64,000 nucleotides of DNA from the human T2T-CHM13v2.0 reference genome, Homo sapiens: assembly GCF_009914755.1 (NCBI RefSeq), contig NC_060929.1. One strand, written 5' to 3'. A program made the position numbers and the translations under genes. The notes under the pieces are model-generated. The model saw nothing but the letters and a program-made list of their open reading frames with translations, was not told where the DNA came from and searched no databases. Shown in pieces: positions 43,916 to 59,573 of this stretch; position 1 is the first letter of the stretch; every line of letters starts with the position of its first letter.

Positions 43916-45067
43916 TATATGGAAATTTTATATACAATTAATGATCTTTTATCTGTGACATAAAGAAAATGATACATTTTGAATATGTTCTTTTATGGGC
44001 CATGAGAACTCAACTCAGTTCACTTTCAAGGACTGGCCCAAATATTACATTTGAAAAGAGAGAAGTGGGGAACAATATCAGATGAAAGTTATGTTCTTAT
44101 GAAAGAAAACTTGAAGATTGTATAAGAAATGTATTTCCAGTCCCAAATCAATTAATTGGCATTGCTAAGTGGCAAAGAATCATAGAAGAAGTAAAATAAA
44201 ATGGGATAAAATGCTTAGTTGCTGGTGCTGTTTCTCCTTTTGCAAAGAAATCTCAGTATGCTCAAGGCAGTGAATGCCATGTGGGATCCTCATTCCCTTC
44301 TCTTCTATAGAAAGAAGAGTGTGGAAAAAAGCAGGAGTGGCTTCTGCTGGTTCTAGGGCCATAACACATATTAGTCCCAATAAGAACACCACTTCCTGTC
44401 ACTGGACAGGCAATGCCACTAAATCATAAGAAAAACTACTGCAAAAGCAAAATTTCAGGTGAACACAAGTCAAAGTAACCAGGAAGTCAACATTTTCCAC
44501 AAGCAAAAAGTTGTAGATAGACAACTAAAATCCTTCAGGGTATTTGGTTTAGAAAAAAATTCCACCAGCAAATATTTATATAACTGTTTTAAATGAAGTC
44601 AAAATATTTCTGGAGCTCTTTGCTGGATAAGAAATTGTTTGTATTTATCTGCTATTCCATATCATGTTTTTCACTTAAGAATATCAAGAGTTCCATTTGT
44701 ATGTCTTCATCTATTCATAGAGCGGGGGGAAATGTGTTCAGAGAGACTTGAAGCTAAGTGGGCAAATCTTTACAAGCTGGTATATTCCTACTGTTTGAAA
44801 AAGATTACCCAAACAATGGACTCCACACAGCCCCACATCTACTCTTTAACTTGCTAGACTGCCCCTTTGGAAGTGCCTATGAACTTCATGTGACATTTTA
44901 GGGACACAAAATCAACCCTGACCCTCACAGACTGCCAAGAAAGTATGTGAAGAGCCTTATTTTTTTCCTTTAGTCATACTCCATCATGTGAGGCTGAGAT
45001 TCCCCAGGAAGAAGCTCTGATATCATCATCAATGCCTGTCCCTTTTTATATCCTCTTCTTGAACAGT

Positions 45068-45243
45068 TGCTTCAGTTTCCTCATCTGTAAAATGAGAATA
45101 ACAAATAGACCTAAATCAGGGCTATTGTGTGGATTAAATAAGAGCATTATCTCAATTTTCCTGGTGAGAAAGGCCCAGGCAAGAGTGCCTAGTGTATAAA
45201 GTGTTTAATAAATATTTGTCAAATGAGTAGATAAATTAATGAA
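45068..45243 (+). mobile_element. MIR fragment (possibly with L2 tail)
   Basis: cttcagtttcctcatctgtaaaatgagaataac...gctattgtgtggattaaat. Confidence 0.75.
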
Positions 45244-46242
45244 TTCTTCTATCTCTAGAAAATTCATAAGTCTCTGCCATGCTCTTCCTAATACCTGGGC
45301 CACTCTTCTAAATATTGGAGGGCTGTATAGGTAGCTGGAGTACTAATTCCAGCAACTGCGTAGCCAAGCACCTATTCTTAGCCTAAAACAAAACTTCAGA
45401 ATGTTGCCTGGCCTGCAGATTGTGCCATAATTTCAGCCACTCTCTACTTCAAATAAAACCTTGGTTCCTTTGCCCCCAATACTACAAAGAACTTTTCCAA
45501 ACTTTAACCCCAACTGGACTATATCTTCAGAGAAATGTCTAATTAATTTGCTTCCTAGGGAACCATCTGGTGCTATTAGATTGTTTAGGTCTCAAGGTGT
45601 GTGTGTACAGTCAGCTCCGATTGAAGGGGAATTGCATAGTTTCTCCAGATGGTGGGTTGCATGACTTATTCTTTAATGTGCTAAACCCCAGTTATCAACA
45701 TTAGCCCCCAAAGCACAGGGAAGAAGAGAACATGGTCTTTCATTGAGTTCTGCCTTTCTCCACTGGGATGGCCAAAGTGAGAGTTTGACACATTGCCTTC
45801 CTCGTCTAGAAAACTGGCATGCTTTTCTTTGTTTACCCTGGGCTTGGCCTGCTCAGCCGGTCTGGGCTTCCTGGGCAAACACAACTCAGGGTGAGTCCCT
45901 CATCCCTAACCTTCTGAATCTGGCAGAGTCACAAACCATGCCCGCCACCCTGCTCATGCCTCAATCTTCTCAGCCCCTCCTTGTGTTGAACCCTTAGTGC
46001 TGCCACTTGCTTGTTCTTGTTCCCTGACCAGATCATATGTCCCTGCCACCCAGTCCTCTCCTCACCCGTCTCCTCTTCACCTTCATTTGGTCCACCGTCT
46101 ATAAGCAGGCCAGGTTGTAGCCTCCAGAGTTCAGAACTGAGGCCTGGGCATCAGAAGTCTGCTGTTGTAGGAAATCTGAGTTTGATTCAAATATGTGGGG
46201 TGAGAGTCAGAGGCAGCTCTGGTTTCATTTTGAAGTTTCATT

Positions 46243-46650
46243 TTGCCAGCAACAGAAACTATGTCTGACTTAAGCAGAAAATACACTTTTTTCAAAGGAT
46301 ATGAGGTAGCTCACAAACTCTTCAAGAACACTGGGCTCAGAGGACAGGTGGGAGCAGAGACCCAAGACCAGTGAGGCTCTCCAGTCCCCATGGAATACAG
46401 GGAGCTGAATGTTAGCAGTATTGCCACCACTACAACCAAATGGGTTCTCTCCTGTTTCTGCTTCTTTGCGCCACTGGCTCCCTGTTCAAAGGCTGGGGTG
46501 ATGCATCTGAGGGATCCACCCTAGGGCACATGCCTACACTTGAGCTGCAGGGAGGGCTAGTGAAGGGGGTTTTCTGGCCTTTAGGCAGGAAATTTCTCAA
46601 ACACAAAAGGTAGTTCATATACTAGGTAGCCAAAAATGACAAATGTCAGT
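46243..46650 (-). mobile_element. Ancient MLT1-type LTR
   Basis: gcaacagaaact...acttaagcagaaaa...aaaggatatgaggtagctcaca; gcacatgcctacac...gctgcagggagg. Confidence 0.5.
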
Positions 46651-48312
46651 TGCATTTGTCTCATTTGTCTCACCATTTTCCATTCTGTTCCTCATTCCTC
46701 TTTCCTGAAAACTAAAGCTATCACACACAATGCCCCATCCACCTCCCACTGCAGAATGTCCTGGAAATCTAGCCTCTGCGCTCCTATTTCCACCACAGCA
46801 TGTGGTTCCCCAGCTCAGGATTTGTGGCATGACCTCCAATTTCTTCTCCAAAATTTTCCTTGTGCAAGTTTTGAAAGGAAAGGAACATCAGCACTCTCAG
46901 TTCATCCTGAAAGTTGGAGTAGGAAGGTATAAGCTGCCACTTCTTCTCTGCTTTACACATTCCTTATCCTGAAGTTTAACACATGCTTACAAACTGTGTA
47001 CATCGTCAGATTAGCTTCTTTGCTTGTCTAATTCTGTGATCACTGCTTTTGGAATATACAGGGGCTGGGTCCAGGTTGCTGGGAAGCCACAAGCTTATTA
47101 GAGCTAGTAGAAACCTTTCTGAGTTTGCAAAACAACAAGGCTTTAAAGAAAACATGTGCCCTTAGAGGACACTATCACACAAAGATTCCTTTTAGGGGAC
47201 ATTATCCCACAAAGGCTCCCTGGATGTCAAAGTTCTTCCAGAGACTGAGAATTCAAAGGTCATCAACTGAGAGAGATATTCCTATCACCCTCCTTGATGA
47301 TCACTAGCAAAGGGCTTTGTGTTCATTCCATTCCCTTGCCAACATTTGGTTCCCAAGCTTGTCCTCTTGTATCCGTCTACCCATGTCCTGGAATGCAGCC
47401 AGCCCACCGACACTGACAGGATGGATGCTAGCTGCAGCGAGACTGCTTGTCTGCTGTATACAGAGAGGATGACAGCAGGACATCAGAACAGCTGTTGGAA
47501 GGGAGAGGAAGTGGGCAGCTGCAAGCAGGGTGGTCAGAAGAAATGCCTCAAAGATGCCCTGAGAGCAACACATCACAAAGCACCACATCTTTAAACAGCC
47601 AACCAGGCAGAACAGCCTGTTGGGAAATGACCAGAAACAGGATTCCTTTCTAAACGGAAGTCTGGGTCAGGAAGTGAGTCAAAGAAGCAGAGCAGCCAAA
47701 GGAGGTTAGGACTATTGTATGCTGAGAGCAGTTCCAGTAACCAAATCAAAGGTTCTTTTCTGTGTGGGCCTCTGGAAGGTTCTCCAGGTACTCCACAGCA
47801 CATAGTTTTAGATGTTTTCTGTTCTAAAGCAAAAGAAGTGGTTTCAAAATCCTTCCAATCCATCCAAACACTTCCTGGCATGTTTACACTCTATAAACCA
47901 CAGATAGCATGCAAAGTCTTGATGGTAAGGTCATTATAAGCATTGGAACCGATATATCAGTACCTTAGCATGACCAAGAGCAAGTTCAAAAGGGGGAAAA
48001 TCATATCAAGAAGCTCTGGCAAAAGAAAGATAACAGCAATGGAGCCCAAATCCTGGCTTTAGATGCTAGCATGCTCAAGTCTAAGGCAAAACACAGTGAA
48101 TTATATCATTCTTGATGTCTACTCAGAGGAGGCTAGACAAACTTTTTCTTGCTCCTGAGCTATGCTTAGGTATGAGGCAGTAAGCAACTTCACTGAAGCA
48201 GTTCTGAATGCACACACACAAACACATATAAAGAAAGAGAGAGAGTGGCGCCTTTCTTATATCGTCTCCCTTCCACCGCCACAACCCCCACAGCTTATCT
48301 CAAGCTTTTCTG

Positions 48313-48613
<301 letters not shown>

Positions 48614-50497
48614 TAAAGACTGACTCTGTAAAGCTGAGTCTCTAGGGGTCCAGAGAAATATAATACAAAAATGAAGTTTCTGGTGATCTAGGTGCTTAAC
48701 ATAGGGATAGCATTTACAGCCTCCTAAAGTCACCTGTGTTTCATATTGGGCCTATTCACCCTCAAAACCCCTTTTATCAACTTCTTCAGATCCAACTGAG
48801 TCAATTAGTTTGAAACACTTCTTGCTAACTAAATGCACTTTTAAATATTTTTAAATGTTCATGTCTTATTATGAACAAATGTTTTACTGCCAACACTTTT
48901 TGAAATGTTGAAAGCCTCTCCATTGCATTAAATTCCCCTCAAGAATATCCCTTGACTTATCCTGACTTTTGACAGAAACCATTTTGCCAGAAAATATATA
49001 CTTAAGGCATCTAACAAATACCATGACCCCCTCAGATTGTTGACTGAAAATCCATTGTTGTGGAGGCCCAGTGTGTGGACCATAAAGGCTGTTTCATGTG
49101 AGCAATAAAGAATCTAACTTGTATCAGCACCCTCAGGGAGGACCCCAGGCCCCTGCCTCCAGGTTGGCTATGTCCTTTTTTTCTGCAAGCCTTGCCCCAC
49201 CTGTTTCTGTTCCATCAAGTTATCAGTTGAAACTCCGAACTTGCATATGATAAGCCCTGGAAGTCAAGGCCTGGCCTAGAAGATGCTGATGGCAGGGATG
49301 GTTTCCAAATGCCCCCAACACATTTTATTTTAAATGAGCTGCTTTTCTGATGAAGCTATCGGGAAAGTTAAGGGCAAAAATAGCTCAATTCCTAGTAGAG
49401 ATTTATTGAAAATTATCCAACTAGATGTTACTGCATATTTCAATGTGATTAGAACTAGATGTTGTTCCTGACAATGATTGTCCTGTGACTATGATTAGGA
49501 GAAGGTAAGAAGGGAGCTGAGGGGTGACCCATGCTCAGAATAACATATAAAGTAAAAAGAACCAAGAAAGAGAAGGAGCCAGATGATTCTGGATCTGGCC
49601 AAAATAGGTCCCTACCCACACAAGATAGACTATAAAGATGGTAGGAGATGTGGTCATGAAAGGTCAAAATATAGAACAAGGTGGAAGGGAGATAAGAGAG
49701 ACAAATTCTGGAAAAGTGCAGGTTCTTCACAATCGTAGAAAGAGTTTTAAACAAGTGATGCTGGGCTGCTGGCTTTTCCACTCCCACCGCTTTATTTCTA
49801 AATCTACACTGCTTACAACTTTTTTCCTTTCATAATACAAATAAAGTTAAACCATAGATTTCTTTGGAAGTCACTGAGAAAGTTATAACACTGATATTAA
49901 ATTCACATATGCCCTTATAACACAAATCCTATATTGAGTGATCAAGAAATAATATCTTATTATCCACCTGGAAGGGCCCAAGAATTTGGTTAGCAAGCGC
50001 TTTGAGCAACTGTCAGTGTGAGGGCCTGTGATGAAGATGGAGATGATAGAAGAAAGCTGCCCCGTTTCTCTTTCCTCTCTACGGTGAGGAGGCAATTCTA
50101 GCAACTTGCTGTGTAAGGGTCTGTGTGGGGAGGTCCACACATGGCAGAGTCAGGCCCTTCACCTTTCTTCCCCAGTCACCAGCAGCCAAGGAGTGATTGC
50201 TTTCTCCTTTTAACAGGAAGTAGTACTGGCCCAATTCTGAATTTCTGCAAGAGTGCAAAGATGTGTTCACACGTTTAAAAGCAAAAAGTAGTAGAGGCTG
50301 CTCCTATGGAGATATCCTGCTGGCCATCTGTGTCCAGAAGCTGGCTACCTTCTCAGATGCTCATTCAATTCCTTCACCAGTTACCTATCTGGGATCTCCT
50401 GTGTCCTAAATTTAGCAGATGCTATGGGGTAGATGTTAAGCAGGATGATCTGCTGGCCCAGCAACCCAGACTGGACTGCAGCTATACAGGGTGATTA

Positions 50498-50544
50498 TTA
50501 GGTTGGCGCAAAAGTAATTGCGGTTTTTGCCATTGTAATGGTAA
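50498..50544. mobile_element. MADE1 (Hsmar1-derived MITE), one arm mostly deleted
   Basis: ttaggttggcgcaaaagtaattgcggtttttgccatt matches the Hsmar1 TIR; flanked by TA. Confidence 0.9.
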
Positions 50545-51407
50545 TACGATCTTGAGTGCTGGCCCTTCCTAGAGAGACTCTTATCACACAAAGCCTCTGT
50601 TAAATTCCTAGACAAAACACCTGGCCTCAGGGTTTTAAGTTCCCTTTGTAGGAGTCCTTATCTTTTTCTTAACTGTAATATTAGAGGGCGGATGATGCTG
50701 ATACTAGAATTTACATTCCATACAAATACCTAAGTGCTTTGTATACTGAATGCACTAGTCAGGACATGCCCATAATAAATTGGAAAATTACTGAGCATCA
50801 ACTCTATGCACAGTCTTGTGCTGGGCACCCTTTTATTAGTGGGTGTTTATCAAAGTATTCAATAATGGTCAGTTAGGATAAATGCGGTTGCATAATACTG
50901 ACAAAGGTAGTATTCAATATATATGTTATTATGCCTAGATATAATTATGCCTATTATTTGTTTCCTTCTGGGTTAATATTCCTTTGAGAAAAGATATTAA
51001 TATACACAACAACGGCACATCTGTTCCCTACAGGTGAGGTGAGACTGACAACACCACAAGTCTACCTTTGCATAGTTTTGTGCTTATTAACATTTTAATC
51101 TATAAGTGATGCTATAACTCTGGGTGATGGCCTGGTTCCCCGGGACTGCTGTGAAGGGTGACTTCTTTGATGTAACAAAAGATATTTAAATGAGTCTAGG
51201 GACTGTACGGAAAGTTGCCCTAAAAACAAGTCACCCAGAGGTCTATTTTATAATCCCTGCACATTGGAAAAAGGCTGAGGCCTTGCTGCCAGCAGCCATC
51301 TGGGGTGGGGTAGGAGCTGTGGGAAGCACACACCTACTAACAGGAACAAGATAACCCATCCAGACAGTGATCTATGCTGCTCAAGAATGGGTGATTTTTA
51401 ACTAACA

Positions 51408-51446
<39 letters not shown>
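51408..51446. repeat. (TG)n microsatellite
   Basis: Directly visible. Confidence 0.95.
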
Positions 51447-51449
<3 letters not shown>

Positions 51450-51766
51450 ACTATATGAGCTGTGAAAGATTTTAGTGGAGGCCAGAGTTTTGATTTTGAG
51501 CGGGATCAGTCTATACCTGCTGGTGTAAATCAACCCAGCTGTAGGAACTGGGCCCACGGCTTTCTGAGACACCTATTGTTGAGGGTAGACTCGGGCTGAC
51601 AGCGATATAAACACCACAGAAAAGGCTCTCAGGGGTAACTAGAAAGCAGGAAAAGACCCTGGCTCCCTCCAGCCAGCAGTTCTCTGAGTTCTGTCTTCAA
51701 AGGCAAAGCTGGGTTTCTGGAAGCCACAGGCCTCTCCCACTCCTGACTGCACCGAGAAATGCTCAC

Positions 51767-52535
51767 CTGCGTCCTCAGTCTTGTCCATCTTGTGGCATCT
51801 GCACACACAGCCCCCAGCCAGGCACTCAGCCGGAGCCTTGGAAATCCTGATTCAGCAGGCGCTCTGCTTAAGAGTGGCAGGCGGGCCCCTTTGCTCCTTA
51901 CTGGTGAGCTCTTGCCCAGGTCATCACCTGCTTCCAAAGGGATTTAAAATGAGGCATGGGGAAAGGACCGTTACAAATTCGCACTTCATTCTCTTTATTT
52001 ACACCTTCTTTCTTCTTTTCTCTCATCTTTCCCTGTGTTCTCTCCCTCTAGCTTTCCCTCTCTCTTTCCACACACTGTGTCAGGTAGGTGAAGCTTCCAG
52101 ACTACTAGGGGAACACCTGTTTCCTTAGCTGTCCCACGGTCACCCCTAAAGCCATCTCTTCTCAAGGGCAGCTGATCTCTGGGGTCTGTGTGGCACAGCC
52201 TCCAGGGAGTGGACCAGCCATGAACTTGTAAGGAAGAAAGACCCCGCCTTCTGCTCCCAGCTTCCTCCAGTATTGAAAAGCAGTGGAGCCAGTGAAGATC
52301 TGTTCCTGGCCGTGAAAAGAATCCCCTATATCCTAAGAGATCAGCTCAGCAATGAAGGGGTTACTCTCCTTGGTGTGGGGGTGGGGGGTGTAGAAAGTTG
52401 CGGGACACTCTTCTCAGCTTGTCTGATGGAGATGCGACCTGGCACCACTGAAAAGCTTTAAGATTAATGGAGAAAAGGCGAAATCTGACAGCTTTTCCAC
52501 TGGTTTCAATCCTCCTGGGTGGGCCGATTGGTCTT
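51767..52535 (-). promoter_or_regulatory. Candidate promoter/first exon
   Basis: Repeat-free and locally GC/CpG-richer. NF-Y-type gaCCAATcg (52527-52531), GC-box-like ccccgcc (52242), strong-Kozak ATG at 51788, donor CAG|gtgagc at 51767/51766. Confidence 0.35.
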
Positions 52536-54070
52536 GAATGTCACTAGCTACTTAATCTTGTGTATCTGAAACAGACTGGCGTGTTTGGGGAGCCCTGTTT
52601 GCTCTGTATAGACATCAATTGGAGAGGCAGATAAAAGGAAACTGCATTGAATTTCTCCTTTAAGCCTTTCACCAGGCACTTTCTGACTGCAAAATAATTA
52701 GTGACCCTGGCAGACACAACCATCCTGTGGTAGATGCTCCAGCTACACCCCTGGTGCGACTCTGACTTCCCTGGACAAGCTGCTCCTGCTCTGTTCAGTG
52801 CAGACTCATGGTGCCTGTATATTCTTCCTGCTCACCAACTTTTTTTTTTTTTTTTTTTTAACTGCATGGTCTTGCTTACCATTCTGAACCATGGATGCCT
52901 GCTTGATCTGATGGCTGAGCAAAGGGATCTCCAGAGACACAGATCTACAAGCACAAATGTGGACAGGGAAATAGAAAGACAAAATAAATAAATAAATAAA
53001 TCCCTAAATGTACCCATTTACCTGCATATATGTCTCAAACAAATAGGGTTGAGCTATTTTTTAATAACCAAAACATCTACCCAGGAATGGAAATTTAAAA
53101 ATCAAATGATGCTTTCTATATCCTGTTTTTTCAAACTGAATACATAAAAGAAGCCATTCAGGTTAAGTGTCAAGCATTAAAAGAGAAAGAATAAATACAA
53201 CAGTGTTTGCAGAGGAGGTTACAATAGATTGGCTCCTTATATTTAAAAGATAGGAATGTTTGGTGATTACTGTGTGAAATAACTCTGTCTAGTCTGGTTT
53301 GCTCTGGTGTGAGAAGTCTCTGATGTGTTTTACACACACATAGTGGTTTATGAAGAACCTGTCATAAACCTAAACGATAGCACCAATTAGAAATGAGCTT
53401 CCATTGATATATTTCAGATCATTTGCCCTTACCCTTTTCTGACTTTCTGATTCTTTAAACTCATGAACATGGTTGAGTGTATCATCGGGTGATGAATAGC
53501 TAGAGATGACTGAGGCCAACAGACTATATATTAATCGTCCTTAGCCTAGCATCTGGGAATCCATAAAACTCTCTGTACTTTCAAACACAAGAGAAAGCCA
53601 CATTCTCTGATGTCTGAAACTTGCCACTTACAAGCACACACAGGTCTATGCAGGGCATCTTCCTGCAATGTGCTTTTGGCTATTACGAAAACTTTCTTTA
53701 AGGCAGAACACTTTCCAGTAAACATATACAAAATTCATCATAAACCAGACTAATTCTTCTGTCTACCAAAGGGAGATGGAAGACATAAACTAAGTCCAAC
53801 ACCACAGCAAGGTATCACAGGTCTCTATTATAACTTTGAAATAGCACCAGATATCTGGCTGTTTTTAAATTGCCAGTTTCTCCTCTGTGGTCAAGGACGT
53901 CTGCCAAAAAGAAGATACAGGAAGTTACTGATGGGCCGTAAAATGGAAAATGAAGTGAAAAATTAGTCTTCACTATACCAAAGCAACCTCATTTCAATTA
54001 TCATTGCAAATATAGGTTATACTTTATTTTGTGACTTACTTTCTCTCTTAAAGATACAGCATCACATTGT

Positions 54071-54790
54071 TGAGACCGCCACTGCAAAATTATAATTGAG
54101 GCAGTGAAAGAGATCTGAACTAACCAACTCTACCTTGCTTCTAAACTCCAAGCTGTCATTGTTCATTCCTGGCTATAGGCCAAACTAACTCTGGGAGAAA
54201 CTTAGTTTAGGTTTAGCTTTGAAACAAAGATGTTAACAGCCCTTTCCCAAAACAAACCCCCTTTCTGCCTGAGGACTAGACTGCCTTTGCAGGACTAACA
54301 AATTAGCTAAAAGATTAGAAATTATGATTTAGGAGTCACGCAGCTGGAGGCTACAAAATTCTGAATCTCCCCAAATTGCTCCTGGGGATAATATCACTAT
54401 TGTAAAACTTAAGATCAGTGCTTGAGATATTTTGCAGACCCTGCACTTGATGGATCAACTGGCACCACACAGACTGATAAACTGGCTCATCTGGTCTTGT
54501 GACCCTGATCCAGGAACTGACTCAGTGCAAGAGGACAGCTTCAACTCCTTATGAGTTCATCTCAGACCTGACCAATCAGAATTCCCGATTCACTGACCCA
54601 CCTACTCACCAAATTATCCTGAAAAACTCTGATCCCCAAGTTCTCAGTAAGACTGACTTGAGTAATAATAAAACTCCAGTCTCCCGCACAGCTTGCTCTG
54701 TGAATTACTCTTTCTCTTTTGCAATTCCCCTGTCTTCATAAATCAGCTCTCTCTAGGCAGCAGGCAAGGTGAACATGTTGGGCGGTTACA
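54071..54790 (+). mobile_element. LTR8-family (ERV1) solo LTR
   Basis: tgagaccgccactgcaaaattataattgaggcagtgaaagagatctg...gggcggttaca; TG...CA ends; AATAAA ~54667; TSD ttgt/ttat. Confidence 0.88.
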
Positions 54791-55764
54791 TTATGTCAAA
54801 GCCTAAGACTAGAGTTGACTGAAGTGATGTTGAGGAGATTGAAGCCAGTCTGCATGGCAGGAGAGAGGAGATGCTTCTCCATTTCTACCAAATGTGACTG
54901 GCTGTGCTCTCAGGGGACTACGAAGTAGTTGGCCAGAGAGCATACTGAGTACAGATTTCATGAACAGGTAGGTACTGGGTATATGTTTCATGAACATCAA
55001 GAAGTACAAGAGAAGGAAGGAAACTCATACAAATACAAGGAACTAAAATGGGAGAGACTACTAGACAGAAAGGGTCATTTTTCCTGGGAATTGGCTGTGG
55101 ACATTTTTCAACCTTGTTTGAGATATCTGAAACAATGCCTCTCCTCTTCCAGGTTAAAAAAAGAAAAGAAAATATGTGTAGCTATAAACAAAAAACAGGT
55201 GAGTGCACAGAGAAGGAAACTCAAGTTCCACATCTAAAGTTATTGCTATAGTCTTTGAAACCCAAGTTGTCTGTAAGTCAGTTTTGAATGAAAGGTGGAA
55301 GTCACCACAAGGTCACCACATTCATGGAGAGCCAAAAGATCCAAACATTAAAAAAAAAACACTGAAGTCATTCTGTGGCTATAATCACTGGCAGATTTCA
55401 GGAAGTTTCTCCACAGCCATGTTCTTGCCACTGTCATTTTATCTTTAATGGGCTCTACAGGTGGCAGATACAAATGTAAATTAAACTATGGAGTCCCCCA
55501 GAACCTTCTCAAGAGAATGAACCCAGGACTCTTTAGACAGGTTGATGAATTTGAGACATAAAGATGATAAGAGAACTGGGAAGAGATGAATTCAAAACGT
55601 GTTCTTGGTGGCATGCAATGCTCCTAGTTCCCCACTGTAATCTAGTGGGCAGATGAAAAGGCTCCTTAATAATTAGCCTACTTGGGTGCTTAAAGGTTAG
55701 GGTTCTGTGTTACCTAGAGACCCCCATTCAAAGATAAACAACAGAGAAGAGTATGATACACATT

Positions 55765-56309
55765 TACTGATCCAACAGATAATTTTTAGCATCTATTGAG
55801 TGTCAGATACTGTGTTGGGGATACAGCAATGATCACAACAAACATACCTCTTGCCCTCATGGATCTTAAGGTCTATTGGGAGAGTCAGTTGTTGGACTAG
55901 GAAGTCTCCATCTGAAGAACATCAAAAAGCGGGGTAGTATGGGATGCTGTGGGAGTTTAGGCTGGGGGGCTCAGAGAAGGGCTCCCTGGGACAACTGAGT
56001 GACAATGCAGGTGATGTTCCAGAAGGAACCAGAGGTCTGGAGGTAGAGAAGAGTATAGGATACACAAGAAACTGAAAGAAGATGAAAATAGCTAGAACAG
56101 AAAGAGTGAGTGAAGAGTGTTGTGACACAAAGAGGCTAGAAGGGTAGAAGAGGCCATGTTACAAAGGATCTTGAGGGTACTGTTGAAAAGTCTGGTCTCT
56201 AAGAGAATGAGAAGCATTGAAGAATCCACTTTAAAGGGAAAGTGATATGAACGATTCATATTTCAGAAAGACCCACTGTGACTGCCATATAAAGAATTGT
56301 GTTGGATTG
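55765..56309 (-). mobile_element. L2 LINE fragment, continuing at ~57795-57915
   Basis: gtgtcagatactgtgttggggatacagcaatga...tgccctcatggatctta; atatttcagaaagacccactgtgactgc. Confidence 0.7.
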
Positions 56310-57776
<1,467 letters not shown>

Positions 57777-58196
57777 AAAGAATGTGTTGGATTGAGTCAC
57801 AGAGGATTCTGTGAAACAGGTAAGAAGTCTGCAGACATCTGAATGGAGACAATGGTAGATTGGACCAAGGTGGTGGCAGCAAGATTGAAAAGAAGCTGAA
57901 ATATCCTAATATCTGTAGACAAAGTAACAGTGAAGACGCCTCAGGTCACAGAGACAAGGCAGAGGCATGCAAGACAGCCATGTGAGGATCTCATCCCACC
58001 CTGAGAAGGTGGGTCTTGGCACATACATCCCTGACAGGTCTGACCGGAATGAGCAGTGGGAAGTGAGTAGGGTAGTTAGGAAGAAGGTAACTGACCAACT
58101 TGATGATTTTTAGTAGTTATGCTAATAGTTATGTTAGGAGGAATTTAGTTGTAATAGAAAAGAATTCTGCAAATGCTTCCTTTAAGAGAAGAGTCT

Positions 58197-58522
<326 letters not shown>

Positions 58523-58870
58523 TTATGAATTTTAGTTTACATGCACATTCAGAAACCTATTACATAGCCCCCTAAAACAGTCGTACATATGTATAAAAGT
58601 CAAAGCCCTATATATGACTATATTGTATATGCATATAACATATATTCCACATATATATTTCATTTTATCTCTTAATACTAGTAGCTAGTAGGCTTCTTTC
58701 TACTATACTTCTCTACTTCTGGATCTACCAACTGAACTGTCAATTTACCCAGACTTCACTTTTTAGAGTCTGTATCCTGGCCTTGTTCCTGTAATAATGT
58801 AATTCATTTGTAATTATACAAGTGAAACATGAGAGCAAAACGGTAGTTGTTTCTATGAAAGTTAGTTTAG

Positions 58871-59190
<320 letters not shown>

Positions 59191-59270
59191 TCAACAGAGG
59201 TGAGTCTCTAAAGAAAAAGTTGCTATCAGATTAGGTATAAACAAGACAACTATAACGTATTAGAGAGAGT

Positions 59271-59573
59271 CTGGCTATGGTGGTTCATGCCTGTAATCCC
59301 AGCATTTTGGGAGGCTGAGGAATGAGGATCACTTGAGCCTAAGAGTTTGAGACCAGTCTGGGCAACATAGGAAGACCTCGTCTCTACAAAAATTACAAAT
59401 ATTAGCTGGGTGTGGTGGTGCATGCCTGTAGTCCCAGCTACTTGGGAGGCTGAGGTGGGGGGGATCACATGAGCCCAGGAGGCTGAGGCGGTAGTAAGAC
59501 ATGATTGTACCACTGCACTCCAGCCTAGGTGACAGAGCAAGACCCTGTCTCAAAAAAAAAAAAAAAAAAAAAA
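59271..59573 (+). mobile_element. AluJ
   Basis: aggatcacttgagcctaagagtttgagaccagtctgggcaacatag; agaccctgtctc. Confidence 0.9.

Noticed and set aside
54929-55237. 102-aa lysine-rich ORF
   Set aside because: Non-ATG start, no recognisable domain, no clear splice context.
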